From Neoechinorhynchus agilis (Eukaryota; Animalia; Acanthocephala), in the NCBI GenBank assembly GCA_051530055.1, contig CM121341.1:13370784-13434783 (forward strand): DNA of 64,000 bases. The letters run 5' to 3'. The translations under genes and the position numbers were made by a program. Below are positions 49,854 through 63,078 of this stretch, in pieces (position 1 is the stretch's first letter; each line of letters begins with the position of its first letter). Under the pieces are notes generated by a model, which saw only the letters and a list, made by a program, of their open reading frames with translations, did no database searches and was not told the DNA's origin.

Positions 49854-50058
49854 TTTTTCCTCTTATTGATTTTCAAAATAAACTTACTGAAAGGTGCCTT
49901 GGGCTTTTTAGCATTCTCATGAAATCTTTATTATCGATTTTGAAATGTTTTTAGAAGAATATGGCGTGTGTTCGAGTAAGGGATAATTTTTTAAAAGCAA
50001 CCTTAAAGAATGGCTACGTAATCTCATTTAAATTAGCACGTTAGATCGTAAATTGAAT

Positions 50059-51409
50059 TTATTTTAATATCTTTATGCAGTTCTTTATCTCCGTTGTGTA
50101 GCTAAGTCGAGACCATAGTTTCGATCGATTAAACGTTGTTCGGATGAGACAAACAAAAGACTTTGCGATCTTGGTGCACAAGCGACCAGTTCGTGCACCT
50201 CCATGAACGTGCCGTGTGTAGATGGAAGATGTTCGTGCAACAGCGGATGCCAAGTGAGCAATACACTTTTCGGAGAAGGTATTCCTTAAGCATTGGTTTA
50301 GCACCCATCTAGGTTTTCCTTTTAAGTAGACTTTTGGAAAACTATAATTTAGCTTGAATGCCGGCGGACTCCTAAATGAATCCAGTGTGTATTGTTGATA
50401 AACCAGAGACGAAGGTGAAATGTTCATAAAGCGAATTGATGGCGCAGATCCAAAATAAATCGGAGACACTGATGGAATATGAATGTACGTATCAATAAAG
50501 ATTTCTCCCTCCATATAGATCCGCACATTCTTGTCTATTTAGAGCCAGTAATCGATTCGTGTCTGAAATCCAAAATTGAGAAGTATGTTGATGGCCCCAA
50601 AGATTTACGAGGATCACATCTTCAATATATTCGGCCAAAATGCCCACCAGGTCGCTATCGTACTCGTTATTAAGGCCAAAGAAGACCTCGCCATCGAATC
50701 CATTACCGACTCCTATAGGAATGTGAGAAGCTACTATAGCTTTCTTGTTCATACTCCGTAACTCGCTAAAAGTTTCACGAAGCCATTTTAATTGCCAAAG
50801 TGGATCTTGTCCTCTATCTTCTTTTTCCATGTAGAGTATGGTATTCAGCACAATCAGATAGATTTGAGCAAATGTGACTTTGAGCTTATACCCCATAAAG
50901 CCTCATTCTTATTTAGAGCTCAATCTGACGCGATAATATCCTCCTTTAAGGAACTGAGATTCAATTTCCTGATTTCGAATCATCTTTCGCCATTGGCATT
51001 CATTTAATAGACGAGCGTAATACCTGTAGTCGGTTATTGGGATAGATGGATGCTGGTCATGATTGCCAATAACCGGAAAGATTGATGCATTTTTAGCCAC
51101 GTACTTTAGAGTCATTTCTACATACATTTTCATAGTCTTTTCGAATTTACTTTTGGTTCGACGACCTTCAGGGCCGGGCCATTTATGACTACAGAAATCC
51201 CCAAGCAGGAGATATGATGCGTCCGATGAATCCATCGATTCAATAAACTCAAGAGCTTTTCGATACAAAGCGATGGACGAATCGCAGCAGCCGTCGGCCA
51301 ATCGATTAGAAGTGTCTGATATGTTCAGATGTACATCAGTCAGGATGCGCAAGTGAACAGAAACTGCCATGTGAAAGCACGAGTGTAAAAGTAAATATAA
51401 ATAAATCAT
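50059..51409 (-). CDS. Secreted acid sphingomyelinase-like phosphodiesterase (SMPDL3 family); intron 1 of 45 nt after GGYYR (GT-AG); second junction non-canonical
   Basis: Signal peptide; metallophosphoesterase motifs TDVH, LLGD, IGNHD, SHIP, WGHQH, PSVSP. Confidence 0.8.
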
Positions 51410-51532
51410 CGATTTTATTATCTATGACGGAAAATCTTAACTCCAAACGGCAATCGTTCCCGTTGTATCGTCGTTGTGACTACGGTAAAAAAAACACTTC
51501 GAGCGCGCGGTTGTTTCAAAATATCTCACAAT

Positions 51533-51798
51533 ATGAATGTACCAAAAGGAATCCGAGTGATCAATGGTCAGAAAATTCTTTTATTAGGTGAGGAAAAACC
51601 CAACAAAGCTCACTTTGATCCAGAAAATTTCTCAATGTAAATGCAGGCGGATTTCTTCGTTGTACCCATAGCGTTTTACCTCGTATTTCTAGTTTCACTG
51701 AAACTCAGTTCGACCGCTCGCATAGGCGCAATAAACTAAACTTAACCGCCAAAGCAATAAGCGTTCGTTATTGCAAAATTAAAGCCGTCAAAGATTGA
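51533..51798 (+). CDS. Putative 57-aa spliced microprotein (introns 51588-51623, 51637-51692; 13-nt middle exon)
   Basis: Two in-phase GT-AG introns with strong donors (GTGAG, GTAAA) join an ATG to a stop; starts 124 bp from, and divergent to, the phosphodiesterase ATG. Confidence 0.4.
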
Positions 51799-53368
51799 TG
51801 TTCACTTTCGAAGGACACGGTAATAAGGATTCGGTTTAATTCCTACAGATGTATTAAACAAGGTGAAGATTTTAGGGTAAATATTGATGATTGTTTAATT
51901 TTAAGCCAACCAATGCCATCGACTTCAATATCTCTATCTCGAAATAAGACTCGGCAATATTGGACAAATTTTGGCCAAAAATCATCTAGACTACTTAGAG
52001 GAGATGTGAAATAAAAATCCAAATAAGAGAACAAAACGAGCGTTCAGCGATCCTTTTAGCTTACAAATATATAATTCTGATCTGCATCTTATAATGATCA
52101 AAGGAGCAACATTCTGTTCCGCTAAAGCGAAAACTATCAAAGTGTATTTTATAAGATAAGCAAAAAATTTAAATGACACAATTAAGACCATTAGGGTCGT
52201 TGTACGAATTCAAAATTCACAAACTGGACATGCGTTTTGGGCTCAAAATATCAGCATCGCCGTGTTGAGAGGCAATACGGCAAGTATTCGGGCGACAATT
52301 GAGGACGCCGGATAAGGTTTTCCTCCAAGATTTTGATAAATAGATTCAAGAATATATTTTGCTCAAAATTGTTTTTATTTTGGTCGATCATCAACATCCA
52401 ATAGGAATTGCTATAGTCGAATGTATATATTTCGGCTCACATATATAACCACCTTAAATGCATTTTTAACTATAATTAAATATCATCAAAAATTATTATC
52501 ATATCACAAATAGGAGGAGAGATTTCACGCTCGCAAAAACAATTAACTCTAAATCCAACGTTCACAACAGAATTCTTTTTAGTGTCAAAAAGAACGAAAC
52601 TAAGATTAAGCAAATCCCTTCAACTATAAAGAGTTTGCGTATGGCAAAGAAAATCAGCGTCAGTCTGGTGAGTTTTTAAAAGTCTTGAAGTGAGGCCTTT
52701 TCTGCGGCTGATAATTTTTCCGAAAAAACTATATTTTGTTGAACTCGTTGCAGATTAAGGAAGCCCTATAAAAATTCTATAATGAAACGTGAGTTGAGAG
52801 CTATTCATAACTGAGAACATAAAGTGCAGCAACAGCTGCGGAGGTTTGAGAAAGTTGCAATATACGATAAGCTCTCGTTTGGTGGCGGAAATTACAAAAT
52901 TAATGAGTTTTAATTAGGATCACTAACATAAGACGTAAAATAAAAGCAATTTTATGCCCATAAATGCTAATCTAAATTGCTCATATACTTTTAAACCTCG
53001 ATTCATCACAGAAAAGTTCCAAATCTTCAAAGATAATGCTCGCATATTAGTGAAATCGGTGTTAAAAATTGGTGTCCTTAAACGGTTAAAATTAACTAAT
53101 TCTTGAAGAATTTATAGTTACTGCAATAAAAGCGTTAGAATAGATTTTCACTGAGCCTAAACATGCGTGAGACAGCCGGAATGTTCATAAATTGACACCG
53201 GTTATTTAAACTGTGGAAGCTAAAAAACAATGAATGTAGGTTTCTATTAGGATTCTTGCCCCGAACGACAAAACAAAAAGCTTGAATCTCTAAGTCGCAC
53301 AAGACTCTAAGAAGAGCCCTGGTCGATCAATACGAGTTATATATCTAAAATCTAAATAATGCCCATAA

Positions 53369-54076
53369 TCACAATGCTTGACGGACATCGGCTTCTGGGT
53401 TAACAACCAGTATTTGTCCCTCCGGAAACATTGTGTTCTGTTCAGTGCATGTAATAACGGTTGCCCGTGTTGATGATGGTTGAACGTTTTGTGATCTTGG
53501 ATTATTCCGATTAAGTGGATTTCGATGTATAGCCAAATTACTCGTCGGCTGTGGCGTCAAGCATAATCCAGTAGGAAGTAATCGAATGATTTTCTCGAAA
53601 AATGCAGTGACACGTTTTAAAGGAAGGCCCATACTTTCAAGTCCCTTTAAAAGCTCAATGAAGTTTACGTTTTGATTTGTCCCGATTCGTGGGTTATAGT
53701 TTGATTGCACTGATTGAGAAGAAACGCTGTCCCTTTGAACCGGAGACTCATCGGCTAAACTAGGATTTTTCTAGGAGTAAAGTTCTAAATATCTTACTTG
53801 TTGCGAACCACGACGGACAAAAGGACACACCAACTAGGAAAATGACGAAGTATAGCCGGAATTTATTCGTCTAACGGAAACGATAGTAAAACATTTTCCT
53901 AAAAAATAACTTACTCTTCCATGTCTTTGCCTAGCTGCCAGCACGATCTCAGTCAATATGGCGTTAAATATATGATCCTTTGCAGTCCAGTCGTTTTGAT
54001 CGGTTTGGGTTGATTGACGCATTAGAGATATTCGATGAGCAAGTTTAGTGCTGTCATATTTTATCCAATGTGTCAA
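53369..54076 (-). CDS. Hypothetical spliced protein; introns 53914-53871 and 53797-53755; 5' end unresolved
   Basis: Two GTAAG..AG introns (44 and 43 nt) link three open frames in phase; includes one hydrophobic stretch (LYFVIFLVGVSF). Confidence 0.55.
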
Positions 54077-54749
54077 TGCAGCAAACGGCTAATTTTGAAT
54101 TCGAGATATTTCTGGAAAGACATGGACGCTGTTTACGAGCAATCGAAATGTATTTACCAACATTCAAATTCTATAAGTGTATTCGAACCCAATGAAGATG
54201 ATCCTTGTAATAAGCGCTTTCATACACTTATAAAAGGAGTGATCGGCAAATCAAAGCGCTCACTTTTTACACAACTGTTGTGGATTTCGAAGCTCTTGAA
54301 ATAAATTGTCAGCTTTGATTGAAAGGACGATTTTTACGAAACGAAGATCATGAAAAGTCGTGAAGATTTTAAGTAATCAAAATCTAAGAGCAGCAAAAAG
54401 TGGTTAATAAAACTTAGCGTTAAATTGAATTCGTCAACCATTAAATGAGAATTAATTCAAATAAAAAGAGAGAATAAAGCACACCTAAAGGAACAAAATG
54501 CGACAAGCACATTTTCAAAACTTCTATTTACCAGGAAAAGACAACTAAAAAGAATTCGTAAAAAAAATAAAGCTATTGCTAACCTTCAAAAAAATACAGT
54601 GAAACGTCGATTATTCGAAGCGTCAATCAACGGGGTTCTATAACCGCAAAATTCATAAAGGTGGTTTTCGTTTGAGGCCCAAAGTGCGACTTTCTCCCTA
54701 ATAAAAAGAAATTCTTGATTCATTAAACCCCTACGTTTATTATTTTCAG

Positions 54750-55110
54750 ATCGTCACGGCTTCAAATAGAAACAAAAATTGAAATATCGTCTTGAGAAAG
54801 GAGAAAGTGGAACGTCTCTAGAACAGTTTTGTAACGTTGGAAATTCAACGCTTTCTGGCAGTCGGAGACCTCGCGGGTGCCTAAAAGAAAAAAAGCGATT
54901 ATTTTCATTTAAACCACTTTCCATGCGTATCAAGAACTATTCGAAAAGGTCTCGTATCCGAAAGTTGTCCGGTCCCAATTAATTCGCGGATAATTAGCGT
55001 TCCATTGAGTGTCCATTTGAAGCATTCGAATTCACAGTAGAGAATAAGACCTTTGGTACTGTTAAAGGCCAAATTTTTAGAACACGGTTAATCAGGAAAC
55101 AAACTTACTT
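54750..55110 (+). mobile_element. Tigger/pogo-like DNA transposase N-terminal remnant
   Basis: RLEKGESGTSLEQFCNVGNSTLS (HTH-psq-like), followed by LLKAKFL (CENP-B HTH-like). Confidence 0.55.
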
Positions 55111-58100
55111 CAATGAATTAGAAAGACAATGATACGCAATCAAAGATGCTGAGCATCGAACGAAAGACGTAATTGGGAGCATAAATGCGTCCATAAAATT
55201 ATAAATTAATCACTATAATTCTGTGTTGAAGTGTGTCTTTTTCTAAGGCTGTTAATTTTCATACGAACGAAACTCACTAATAAGTCGCGACTCCTCCTCG
55301 GGAGCTATCTAAGAATAAGGAGTGATGCGTATAAACCCATAACCACGTATGGTTCATCGATATTAAGTGATTTCATGCGTTTGCCTGATCCAAGACCTCG
55401 GTTAGTTGTGTGCCCATTGGCAAGCCAGGCTAAAAAAAAGATAAAATAATCACCATCAGTTATTCTTTAAAGGATACAATAAGCATTATAGTAAATTGAA
55501 CCAAGTGGAAAAGGCTGAGAGACTGATGATTGAATCTCCAATAAATTAGTGAACGAGGGCAACCGTGAACGCTTATATACACAGGAATTATTAATTTTAT
55601 GGACGTAAATAAGATCCTTATTAAGCAAAGGGGGAAAGACAAATAAATCCAAAGGGCTAGGTGTCCAAATTAAACAATCCCCATTAAGTTATTGTTCGCA
55701 TTGTTTCCAGATCTCGTTGAGAGAGAAAAACCGGATTAAAAGCTGAAAACAAATTTCAAAATTAATTTATGAAAGCTTGATTTGTGGTGAACATAATAAC
55801 CCGAAAAAAACGTATTTTATTGTTCGCAAAATATTTCGAAAGAGGAAACCTCGCATTATTAATCATTGTTTCGCAAGACCGGGTGATTGTCTTCATCACC
55901 ATGTTAAAATTTACTATCCCGGTGGATTTTCTCTTGATATGAATTTCTAAAAAATTTTGTAAAAGCTGTCTTGGCATTATTTACAAGCATATGTTGTTTA
56001 GCAAAAGAAAAGGTCGAATTGACGTGGTCAAATTCGGCAAGATTCGCGACATACAGATAGAAGTGTATTGATTCTCAACGTTACGGCATCGGGCGTAAGT
56101 TGTTTCTCTCTCTGGAAGCCGTTTACCTCCCTTTCAACTCCTTTTTCTTCAGAAAATGGGTAAATCGTCATCGAAGCAGCAACCTCGAAGTCTTGCTCCA
56201 TCGTTGATTCCAATGGGACAAACAAATCCATTGTTTCAACCTCAACATCATATCATCCCAGTGCACATAATAACTCAAAACCAAACGTTTCCATCTCAAC
56301 TCCACAGGTTCGTGTCCCCATGTTCCCGGAACAATGGTTGTACCACTAATTTTTCGCATTCACAACCACTAGAGCACCAGTAATGTTTGACGATGCGGTG
56401 CTGATGGACCAAAGAGTGCGGCGTTACTGAAGCAATTGATGATTATTAGTAGTTGAGAGCCATTAGAACTTCATATTTTAGTTTAGTACAAAAAATTAAA
56501 CTTTTTTTCCAAAAAAAAATTGAAAATTTACAGAATACAGGAGACGTCCGATCGTAAGTTACAGTATTTTGTTTTATCAAAAGGATAATTTTTTACTATT
56601 TTCCGTCTCGATTGGTGGGCGACCCGGATAAAACGTATTTTATTTGTTTATAAAATATTTCGAAAAACCTCCTCGCATTATTCATCATTTACATTTTGCA
56701 CAAGACCGGGTACGTTATCTTCATCACCATGTTAAAATTCCCTATCCCGGTGGATTTTTGCTGCTGATGTGAATTTCAAAAAATTCAAAAAGGCATAAAT
56801 ATTGACATTATTTGGCTATGTTGTTAGCAAAAAAGGTCGAATTGACGTGGTCCAAATTCGGCAAAATTCGACATACAGATAGAAGTTTATTGATTCTCAA
56901 CGTTACGGCATCGAACGTAAGTTCACATCTTCTCTCTCTAGAAGCCGTTTACACTCCTTTCAACTCCGCTTTTTTCGCAGAAAATGGGTAAATCGTCATC
57001 GGCTTAGCAACACTCAGAATCTTGCTCCATCTACGTTGATTCCAATGGGACAAACAAATCCAATGTTCCAACCTCAACATCATATCATCCCGATGCCCTG
57101 TACTCAAAACCAAACGTTTCCATCTCAACTCACGAGTTTCGTCCCCATGTTCCCGGAACAATGGTTTGTGCCACCTTCAATTACACCATTCACAACCACT
57201 AGAGCACCAGTAATGTTTGACGATGCGGTGCAGATGGACCAAAGAGTGCGGCGTTACTGAAGCGATTGATGATTATTAGTAGTTGAGAACCATTAGAACT
57301 TCATATTTTAGTTTAGTACAAAAATTTAAACTTTTTTTTAAAAAAAGAAAAATTGAAAATTTTGAAAAAAAAACGTCAGTGTAAGTTACAGTACTTGTTT
57401 TTATCAAAGGATAATTTTTTACTATTTTCCATCTCGATTGATGGGGCGGCCGGATAAAACGTATTTTATTTTATTTCGCAAAATATTTCGAAAAGAGAAA
57501 CCTCCTCGCATTATTCATCATTGTTTCGCAAGACCGGGTGATTATCTTCATGCCATAGCTAAAATTTACTATCGGTGGATTTTCTCTTGATGAATTTCTA
57601 AAAATTTTGTAAAAAGGCATAAATATTGACATTATTTACAAGCTTATATATTTTTTAGCAAAAAAGGTCGAACTTGTTGTTGGAAAATTCAGCAAAGATT
57701 CGACATACAGATAGAAGTTTATTGATTCTCAACGTTACGGCATCGAACGTAAGTTCGCTTCTCTCTCTAGAAGCCGTTTACCTCCCTTTCAACTCCTTTT
57801 TTTCTTCAGAAAATGGGTAAATCGTCATCGAAGCAGCAACCTCAGAATCTTGCTCCATCTACGTTGATTCCAATGGGACAAACAAATCCAATGTTCCAAC
57901 CTCAACATCATATCATCCCGATGCCCTGTACTCAAAACCAAACGTTTCCATCTCAACTCACGAGTTTCGTCCCCATGTTCCCGGAACAATAGTTTGTCAC
58001 CGCTTCCGTTACACCATTCCACAACCGCACCGAGCACCAGTGATAATTTTTTGACGATGCGGTGCTGATGGACCAAAGAGCGGCGTTACTGAAGCAATTG

Positions 58101-60312
58101 ATGATTATTAGTAGTTGAGAGCCATTAGAACTTCATATTTTAGTTTAGTGCAAAAAATTAAACTTTTTTTCCAAAAAAATTGAAAATTTACAGAACACAG
58201 GAGACGTCCGATCGTAAGTTACAGTATTTTGTTTTATCAAAAGGATAATTTTTTACTATTTTCCATCTCGATTGGTGGGCGACCCGGATAAAACGTATTT
58301 TATTGTTCGCAAAATATTTCGAAAGAGGAAACCTCCTCGCATTATTTATCATTGTTTCGCAAGACCGGGTGATTATCTTTATCACCAGTTAAAATTTACT
58401 ATCCCGGTGGATTTTCTCTTGATGTGAATTTCTAAAAAATTCTGTAAAAGGCATAAATATTGACATTATTTACAAGCTTATATATTTGTTAGCAAAAAAG
58501 GTCGAATTGATGTGGTCCAAATTCAGCAAAGATTCGACATACAGATAGAAGTTTATTGATTCTCAACGTTACGGCATCGAACGTAAGTTCGCTTCTCTCT
58601 CTAGAAGCCGTTTACCTCCCTTTCAACTCCTTTTTTTCTTCAGAAAATGGTAAATCGTCATCGAAACAGCAACCTCAGAATCTTGCTCCATCTACGTTGA
58701 TTCCAATGGGACCAATAAATCCAATGTTCCAACCGCAACATCATATCATCCCGATGCCCTGTACTCAAAACCAAACGTTTCCATCTCAACTCACGAGCTT
58801 CGTCCCCATGTTCCCGGAACAATGGTTTGTGCCACCTTCAATTACACCATTCACAACCACTAGAGCACCAGTAATGTTTGACGATGCGGTGCTGATGGAC
58901 CAAAGAGTGCGGCGTTACTGAAGCAATTGATGATTATTAGTAGTTGAGAGCCATTAGAACTTCATATTTTAGTTTAGTACAAAAAATTAAACTTTTTTTC
59001 CAAAAAAATTGAAAATTTACAGAACACAGGAGACGTCCGATCGTAAGTTACAGTATTTTGTTTTATCAAAAGGATAATTTTTTACTATTTTCCATCTCGA
59101 TTGGTGGGCGACCCGGATAAAACGTATTTTATTGTTCGCAAAATATTTCGAAAGAGGAAACCTCCTCGCATTATTCATCATTGTTTCGCAAGACCGGGTG
59201 ATTATCTTCATCACCATGTTAAAATTTACTATCCCGGTGGATTTTCTCTTGATGTGAATTTCTAAAATTTTTTGTAAAAGGCATAAATATTGACATTATT
59301 TACAAGCTTATATATTTGTTAGCAAAAAAGGTCGAATTGACGTGGTCCAAATTCAGCAAAGATTCGACATACAGATAGAAGTTTATTGATTCTCAACGTT
59401 ACGGCATCGAACGTAAGTTCGCTTCTCTCTCTAGAAGCCGTTTACCTCCCTTTCAACTCCTTTTTTCTTCAGAAAATGGGTAAATCGTCATCGAAGCAGC
59501 AACCTCAGAATCTTGCTCCATCTACGTTGATTCCAATGGGACAAACAAATCCAATGTTCCAACCTCAACATCATATCATCCCGATGCCCTGTACTCAAAA
59601 CCAAACGTTTCTACTCTCAACTTCACGAGTTTCCATCCCCATGTTCAAAGACGATAGTTTTGTGTGCCACCTTCAATTACACCATTCACAACCACTAGAG
59701 CACCAGTAATGTTTGACGATGCGGTGCTGATGGACCAAAGAGTGCGGCGTTACTGAAGCGATTGATGATTATTAGTAGTTGAGAACCATTAGAACTTCAT
59801 ATTTTAGTTTAGTACAAAAAATTAAACTTTTTGTTTAAAAAAAATTGAAAATTTACAGAATACAGGAGACGTCCGATCGTAAGTTACAGTATTTTGTTTT
59901 ATCAAAAGGATAATTTTTTACTATTTTCCGTCTCGATTGGTGGGCGACCCGGATAAAACGTATTTTATTGTTCGCAAAATATTTCGAAAGAGGAAACCTC
60001 CTCGCATTATTCATCATTGTTTCGCAAGACCGGGTGATTATCTTCATCACCATGTTAAAATTTACTATCCCGGTGGATTTTCTCTTGATGTGAATTTCTA
60101 AAAAATTCTGTAAAAGGCATAAATATTGACATTATTTACAAGCTTATATATTTGTTAGCAAAAAAGGTCGAATTGACGTGGTCCAAATTCAGCAAAGATT
60201 CGACATACAGATAGAAGTTTATTGATTCTCAACGTTACGGCATCGAACGTAAGTTCGCTTCTCTCTCTAGAAGCCGTTTACCTCCCTTTCAACTCCTTTT
60301 TTTCTTCAGAAA

Positions 60313-60588
60313 ATGGGTAAATCGTCATCGAAGCAGCAACCTCAGAATCTTGCTCCATCTACGTTGATTCCAATGGGACCAATAAATCCAATGTTCCAAC
60401 CGCAACATCATATCATCCCGATGCCCTGTACTCAAAACCAAACGTTTCCATCTCAACTCACGAGCTTCGTCCCCATGTTCCCGGAACAATGGTTTGTGCC
60501 ACCTTCAATTACACCATTCACAACCACTAGAGCACCAGTAATGTTTGACGATGCGGTGCTGATGGACCAAAGAGTGCGGCGTTACTGA
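60313..60588 (+). CDS. 91-aa Pro/Gln/Met-rich protein with an N-myristoylation-like start (array copy)
   Basis: MGKSSSK...; intact ORF preceded by a GTAAGT..CTTCAG intron. Confidence 0.7.
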   Translation: MGKSSSKQQPQNLAPSTLIPMGPINPMFQPQHHIIPMPCTQNQTFPSQLTSFVPMFPEQWFVPPSITPFTTTRAPVMFDDAVLMDQRVRRY

Positions 60589-61142
60589 AGCAATTGATGA
60601 TTATTAGTAGTTGAGAGCCATTAGAACTTCATATTTTAGTTTAGTACAAAAAATTAAACTTTTTTTCCAAAAAAATTGAAAATTTACAGAATACAGGAGA
60701 CGTCCGATCGTAAGTTACAGTATTTTGTTTTATCAAAAGGATAATTTTTTACTATTTTCCATCTCGATTGGTGGGCGACCCGGATAAAACGTATTTTATT
60801 GTTCGCAAAATATTTCGAAAGAGGAAACCTCCTCGCATTATTCATCATTGTTTCGCAAGACCGGGTGATTATCTTCATCACCATGTTAAAATTTACTATC
60901 CCGGTGGATTTTCTCTTGATGTGAATTTCTAAAAAATTCTGTAAAAGGCATAAATATTGACATTATTTACAAGCTTATATATTGTTAGCAAAAAAGGTCG
61001 AATTGACGTGGTCCAAATTCAGCAAAGATTCGACATACAGATAGAAGTTTATTGATTCTCAACGTTACGGCATCGAACGTAAGTTCGCTTCTCTCTCTAG
61101 AAGCCGTTTACCTCCCTTTCAACTCCTTTTTTTCTTCAGAAA

Positions 61143-61418
61143 ATGGGTAAATCGTCATCGAAGCAGCAACCTCAGAATCTTGCTCCATCTACGTTGATTC
61201 CAATGGGACAAACAAATCCAATGTTCCAACCTCAACATCATATCATCCCGATGCCCTGTACTCAAAACCAAACGTTTCCATCTCAACTCACGAGTTTCGT
61301 CCCCATGTTCCCGGAACAATGGTTTGTGCCACCTTCAATTACACCATTCACAACCACTAGAGCACCAGTAATGTTTGACGATGCGGTGCTGATGGACCAA
61401 AGAGTGCGGCGTTACTGA
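61143..61418 (+). CDS. 91-aa array protein copy
   Basis: Intact ORF, same structure. Confidence 0.7.
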   Translation: MGKSSSKQQPQNLAPSTLIPMGQTNPMFQPQHHIIPMPCTQNQTFPSQLTSFVPMFPEQWFVPPSITPFTTTRAPVMFDDAVLMDQRVRRY

Positions 61419-61970
61419 AGCAATTGATGATTATTAGTAGTTGAGAGCCATTAGAACTTCATATTTTAGTTTAGTACAAAAAATTAAACTTTTTTTTCAA
61501 AAAAATTGAAAATTTACAGAATACAGGAGACGTCCGATCGTAAGTTACAGTATTTTGTTTTATCAAAAGGATAATTTTTTACTATTTTCCATCTCGATTG
61601 GTGGGCGACCCGGATAAAACGTATTTTATTGTTCGCAAAATATTTCGAAAAAGAGGAAACCTCCTCTCATTATTTATCATTGTTTTCGCAAGACCGGGTG
61701 ATTATCTTTATCACCAGTTAAAATTTACTATCCCGGTGGATTTTCTGATGTGAATTTCTAAAAATTCTGTAAAAGGCATAAATTGACATTATTTACAAGC
61801 TTATATATTTGTTAACAAAAAAGGTCGAATTGATGTGGTCCAAATTCAGCAAAGATTCGACATACAGATAGAAGTTTATTGATTCTCAACGTTACGGCAT
61901 CGAACGTAAGTTCGCTTCTCTCTCTAGAAGCCGTTTACCTCCCTTTCAACTCCTTTTTTTTCTTCAGAAA

Positions 61971-62246
61971 ATGGGTAAATCGTCATCGAAGCAGCAACCT
62001 CAGAATCTTGCTCCATCTACGTTGATTCCAATGGGACCAATAAATCCAATGTTCCAACCGCAACATCATATCATCCCGATGCACTGTACTCAAAACCAAA
62101 CGTTTCCATCTCAACTCACGAGCTTCGTCCCCATGTTCCCGGAACAATGGTTTGTGCCACCTTCAATTACACAATTCACAACCACTAGAGCACCAGTAAT
62201 GTTTGACGATGCGGTGCAGATGGACCAAAGAGTGCGGCGTTACTGA
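61971..62246 (+). CDS. 91-aa array protein copy
   Basis: Intact ORF, same structure. Confidence 0.7.
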   Translation: MGKSSSKQQPQNLAPSTLIPMGPINPMFQPQHHIIPMHCTQNQTFPSQLTSFVPMFPEQWFVPPSITQFTTTRAPVMFDDAVQMDQRVRRY

Positions 62247-62802
62247 AGCAATTGATGATTATTAGTAGTTGAGAGCCATTAGAACTTCATATTTTAGTTT
62301 AGTACAAAAAATTAAACTTTTTGTTTCAAAAAAATTGAAAATTTACAGAATACAGGAGACGTCCGATCGTAAGTTACAGTATTTTGTTTTATCAAAAGGA
62401 TAATTTTTTACTATTTTCCGTCTCGATTGGTGGGCGACCCAGATAAAACGTATTTTATTGTTCGCAAAATATTTCGAAAGAGGAAACCTCCTCGCATTAT
62501 TCATCATTGTTTCGCAAGACCGGGTGATTATCTTCATCACCATGTTAAAATTTACTATCCCGGTGGATTTTCTCTTGATGTGAATTTCTAAAAAAATTTG
62601 TAAAAGGCACAAATATTGACATTATTTACAAGCTTATATATTTGTTAGCAAAAAAGGTCGAATTGACGTGGTCCAAATTCAGCAAAGATTCGACATACAG
62701 ATAGAAGTTTATTGATTCTTAACGTTACGGCATCGAACGTAAGTTCGCTTCTCTCTCTAGAAGCCGTTTACCTCCCTTTCAACTCCTTTTTTTCTTAAGA
62801 AA

Positions 62803-63078
62803 ATGGGTAAATCGTCATCGAAGCAGCAACCTCAGAATCTTGCTCCATCTACGTTGATTCCAATGGGACAAATAAATCCAATGTTCCAACCTCAACATCA
62901 TATCATCCCGATGCCCTGTACTCAAAACCAAACGTTTCCATCTCAACTCACGAGTTTCGTCCCCATGTTCCCGGAACAATGGTTTGTGCCACCTTCAATT
63001 ACACCATTCACAACCACTAGAGCACCAGTAATGTTTGACGATGCGGTGCTGATGGACCAAAGAGTGCGGCGTTACTGA
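62803..63078 (+). CDS. 91-aa array protein copy
   Basis: Intact ORF; its acceptor reads TTAAG rather than TTCAG. Confidence 0.7.
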   Translation: MGKSSSKQQPQNLAPSTLIPMGQINPMFQPQHHIIPMPCTQNQTFPSQLTSFVPMFPEQWFVPPSITPFTTTRAPVMFDDAVLMDQRVRRY

